From contig NC_087467.1 of NCBI RefSeq assembly GCF_036321535.1, forward strand, positions 2,418,001-2,482,000: a DNA stretch of 64,000 nt, given 5' to 3'. Position numbers and translations under genes: made by a program. This document shows, one piece after another, positions 60,016 to 64,000 of the stretch. The notes under the pieces were generated by a model. The model did not search any database and had not been told where the DNA came from. It saw only the letters and a list, made by a program, of their open reading frames with translations. Every line of letters starts with the position of its first letter. Positions within the stretch are counted from its first letter, which is position 1. This stretch comes from Camelus dromedarius (taxonomy: Eukaryota).

Positions 60016-63000
60016 AAGTAGTGGCTATTTCAGAGGTTTTATCTTCCTCTGTAGACCTGAAATAATAAAAGCCCCTTGCTTAATATCCTTTTTTGGCTTC
60101 TATAAGTAAGCAATTATATAAGTAAACAGGTTTTGGAAACTGTATAGAGCTGTATCATTGCAACTTTTTTTTTTAAGGACGAGTATGGAGGCTGCTTGGC
60201 AGAAGGAGCTTTGTTGCAGATGCTGTGAGGCTCCCAAAGAGAGGGTGTGATGTATTAACTCTTCAGTTACACCCAGGGCCCAAGACAGGAATATGAAACC
60301 CAGAAAACAATGGGCAAGGAAACGTCTGACATGAGAAAGGCATATAGGTTAATGGCTACACGCCACTGCTGCTGAAGGAATTCACAGTGGTCCAAGGCGT
60401 GATCAGAATGATGCTCCTGGGGTGGAGAAGAGGAATGAGGGGAGGGCTCAAGATAAACAGGGGCCGCGGTAAATGACATATGTTTTCTATGGAGATCGCT
60501 GCTATGGATCTTATTGGCTTATCCTGAAGTCCCACTAGCAAAATTGTGGCATCATTATAGTCTGGTTTCCCTTCTTCCTAATTTTCAGTTATGATGCTTA
60601 ATCCCCTGCTTTCAAAGTCTTTCTCTTTTTGCTTGTCTGACCTCCCTGAATCCTCTTAATTTGAGGTTTAGGAGAAGTTAATACCTTAGCAGGGGAATTA
60701 GTTCGGTGTTTCTAGGAGTGTTTGCAATTTAAAAGCTTCTCTCAGGGTAAAAAAAAAAAAAAAAAAAAATCCAAGGACTGAATTGATTATGGTAACATTT
60801 TCGGAGACAATGACAACCAGCCCTGAGAGCTTTCCTGATGCTCTTCAAATCATAAGTACCCAGTGAGCTATGTGTTGTTTATGCCAAGGCCCAGCTTGCC
60901 TTAGAGGGGGTGGAAAGTAGGAACAGGAAGCTTTAACACCAAGTAGGACTTTGTTTGGGAGCCTTTTGTTATTACTGAACAATAAAATAGGTCAAAGCTA
61001 CTTGGTTAAAAAAAAAAAAAACTTTTGTAAATTCTGGTAAGCCTTTGACCATGAGACTCATGGCATTCTCCCTCATTCAGGATTAATTTTCTCCCATACC
61101 TATATTTGATTTCAATTAAAATAAAAAAGACAGCTTGCTTAATCTTTCCCATGAATGGATACAGTGTATACCTGAGTGAACGGGACAATTTTCCTTATAA
61201 ATTATGTGTAAAAATCCTCAACTGCCACCTCTCTCTTAGAGACGTGAAGAAAATTCAATTTCTCTTAGCTTATTTTTTTTTATGGTTCTTGGGATATTCA
61301 TTTCAGATTTTCCACTCATTTGTATAAATGTCTTATTTACTCAAGCTCTTCATAGACGAAGGTAATACTGTGCATTGCTGATTTTATTTCTCTGGACAGG
61401 TTACAATAACTCCTCTGGAGCCAACACGCTAATTGATTTTAAAGTTTCTGTGAGTGTTAGGAAGTCTTCTTCCCATACACTTAGGAGGGGAGGTGCAGCA
61501 TCGCAGGAAGACTCTGGTCCTAACTGAGCAATGAGAGATTCTACTCTGTCCTCCTCCATCCCTTCCTTACCCTGGGATGTCTCTGGACCTTAGCTATCTT
61601 CATCTACAACACGATGACACCTTAACTGTCCTAAAGCAGCATGAGGAGGGCACTGGAGCTAAAGATCTCAATGTCTCTTTTAGTCTTGTAGTATAGGATT
61701 TGTTCTAGAAAATTCCTCATATCCTCCAGCCCTCTTCTGGATGCTTGCCATGATTCTGCCCACAGATTCCCTTGACAGATGTTGCTTTAGTCAGAACCCT
61801 CAGCTGCAAAACTCAGAGATGAGAAGGGTAGCAAACTGATATCTTCTGCCTTGGTAGCTAAATGTCCTTCAACCATGGTGCAAGGTCATGGTGCAATGGA
61901 AAATTTGTTGCATGCTCTCTGTGTAGTCTTAGGTCTGTATTACGGTCATAGTGCATGGTTCAAGGTCATGGTGCAAGGTGCATGGGTGACTCTGGAGGAG
62001 GGAATCCAAGATGGTACGAATGACTCTGTGATGACTATGAGGAGCCGTAAGTCAGTATTTACTGAGTTATCTTCATCTTAGTTTGTGGCCATAGTTGACT
62101 TTGCTTTCATTATCTTCATTGAGATATCTTGTTATTTCATATTTTCTCACATTACCAAGCTCCTTTAAAAAACAAAAATAAAAACCTAGTTTTTAGAATT
62201 AGAGCCTTTTCCTGACTTTCTTTGCAATTTCTTTTCATTTTTTTTTTAAATTCATGAAGTAGATTTCTGTACGCTGATGAGTACGTATCATCAGGAGCAA
62301 AAGAAACTAATTTAGAGTCTGCGGGGCTCACCTTTCTCCACAGCCAGCACGCTGCAAGGGAGAGGGCTGGCCACTGTGCAGACGCCCCAAATCCTCTGGG
62401 GCATGGTCCCCACATGGGGACGTGAGGGACTGAAACAGGGAGGGAGCCATTCTCTCTAGTTCTCTGAGCTCTGATGTTCCTTCATTCTTTTTCCTTCATG
62501 TGCTCACGGTGTGGGAAAAAAATGTCATCCAGGTGAAGAACTAAACATTCACAAGCTTGAGAAAAAGGAAAGTCAAAAACAAAAAAGCCAGCTTCGGAAA
62601 TAATCGCATGATTTGAAGATGGGGGCCCAACCTTCCTGTGTTGGAAGTTCTGCAGCTTCTGTCTCAGGAGTTGACTTACACATAGTAAGTATTTTTCAAT
62701 GATTTGTCCATTTTAAATTTATTGCCGGAAAACGTCAATGAGAAATTACATCACATATGACAAAAAATGAATCCAGGAGACACATCATGGGTATTTGAGG
62801 CTTTTGGCAAGACCCCCCCTACCCCCGCCTTGCATTCACAGAGCCCTCTACTTTAGGGCTGCTGGGAGAAGGCTCCAGCTTTAATGTCCTCAGGCCATTT
62901 CCTCAAGTTTCAGCTTCTGTAGCATCTCTGATGAATGCGTCTTGACTGGGGCAGGAGGCTCAGAAGTGTAAGGGCGTTAACATTTCTCTGCCGCCTTTTC

Positions 63001-64000
63001 AGTCATAGCTCGATGGTCTCGCCCTTTCCTATTTCATGGATTTGCCTTCTCCATTTGTTCTTAGTTGATTAGGAAATTGCTGAACACAGAACTTTTCCCT
63101 GTCCATAAATATCATCCAAGTTACGCAGCATGGGGAGAGAGCTGCTATTTGTTTGGTTCACAGACTTTGGGACTTTTTGCAAATTAAAGGATTTGAAAGG
63201 ATCTAATATGGCCATATCATCAGATAAATCTTTAGGGTCACTTTCTCCCCTTGGGGTTTGCATTTAAGTTAGTGTAATAGGAGGTGTACTCGGGCATCCA
63301 AGGACAGAAATCAGTCCTCCGTGGGTAACCAGATGCCGCTGCGTGGGGGTGGAGGTGAGACTCATTTCTGAGTGTGCAGCCTTGCTTTGTATTTCAGGAT
63401 TTCAAATTGTCATGCTCTGCTGTGCAACATGGTTTCACTTCCTAGAGGACTGTAGAAAAAGGAATTGCAGTTTTTATTGGCACCCTGTCACGTGTTTCCT
63501 TACTGAAAGATAGCAGGCTTTTGAGATGTATCTGGATTTCGAGGTGAGATTTGGAATGGATGGGATTGAGTAAGCCTAATGAAAAATTTGTTGCATGCCC
63601 TCTGTGTAGATTCAGGTCTGTATTAGGTTTTTTGAAGATGGGAAAAGTCTCAGTCTGAAAGAAAGTTAAAAATTTAGTTAGAAACAAAATCATATGTGTG
63701 GGAAACCACAAAGGAGGCAGAAATATTCACAGAAGTGCTTATCTCTGTGGTCACAGATGGGAGGGATCACAGAAACCCAAGAAGCACCGCAATGAGGCTA
63801 GGAAAGTGGCCCCTAAGGAATTAGTCATATTTTACACATTTCCAGCTGATTGATAGCACATATATTATAGGAAAATAACATTATCTAAAACTCTGCAAGC
63901 TGTTTCTAATTGCAGCCTTGCAACTAGAACCATTTGAAGTTCTTCAGAAGTTTTATCTCCTCTACAAAGCCTTTGTCTTGAAATACTCAAATAACTGCTT

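Noticed and set aside
62274-62305. CTGATGA...GAAAC resembling a hammerhead ribozyme core
   Set aside because: No stem II closes before GAAA. CTGATGA instead pairs with TCATCAG in a 21-bp near-palindrome (62274-62294), which would sequester the core.

Overview
This is repeat-rich, non-coding mammalian genomic DNA, either a long intron or an intergenic region. It is most likely from a camelid (camel, alpaca or llama). Two tRNA-derived SINEs match the camelid Vic-1-type consensus as I recall it, the young L1 3' ends fit the same lineage, and I saw no ruminant BovA/BovB or pig PRE-1 copies. I recognise no protein-coding exon, structural RNA gene or CRISPR array, and the listed ORFs look like chance ORFs, often running through repeats or N-runs. 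The window is a mosaic of old and young L1 fragments, L2, MIRs, MaLR/ERVL LTRs (MLT1B/C/D, LTR16-like), three ERV1-type solo LTRs, Tigger/hAT MITEs (MER2, MER8, MER5A, MER3), microsatellites and one 20-bp minisatellite. Eight N-runs of 128-260 nt occur, several inside repeats. I found no evidence of a new multi-gene system. The best leads are: a candidate promoter/enhancer at about 11.3-11.8 kb with four phased CAGNTG E-boxes; an L1 insertion with a probable 3' transduction (54.1-54.3 kb); a probable 48-bp templated insertion (61.9 kb, second copy at 63.6 kb); a probable twin-primed L1 (33.0-33.2 kb); and two same-family solo LTRs 41.6 kb apart, one nested in a young L1. Repeat subfamily names come from recalled consensus sequences, were not checked by a database search, and many boundaries are approximate.
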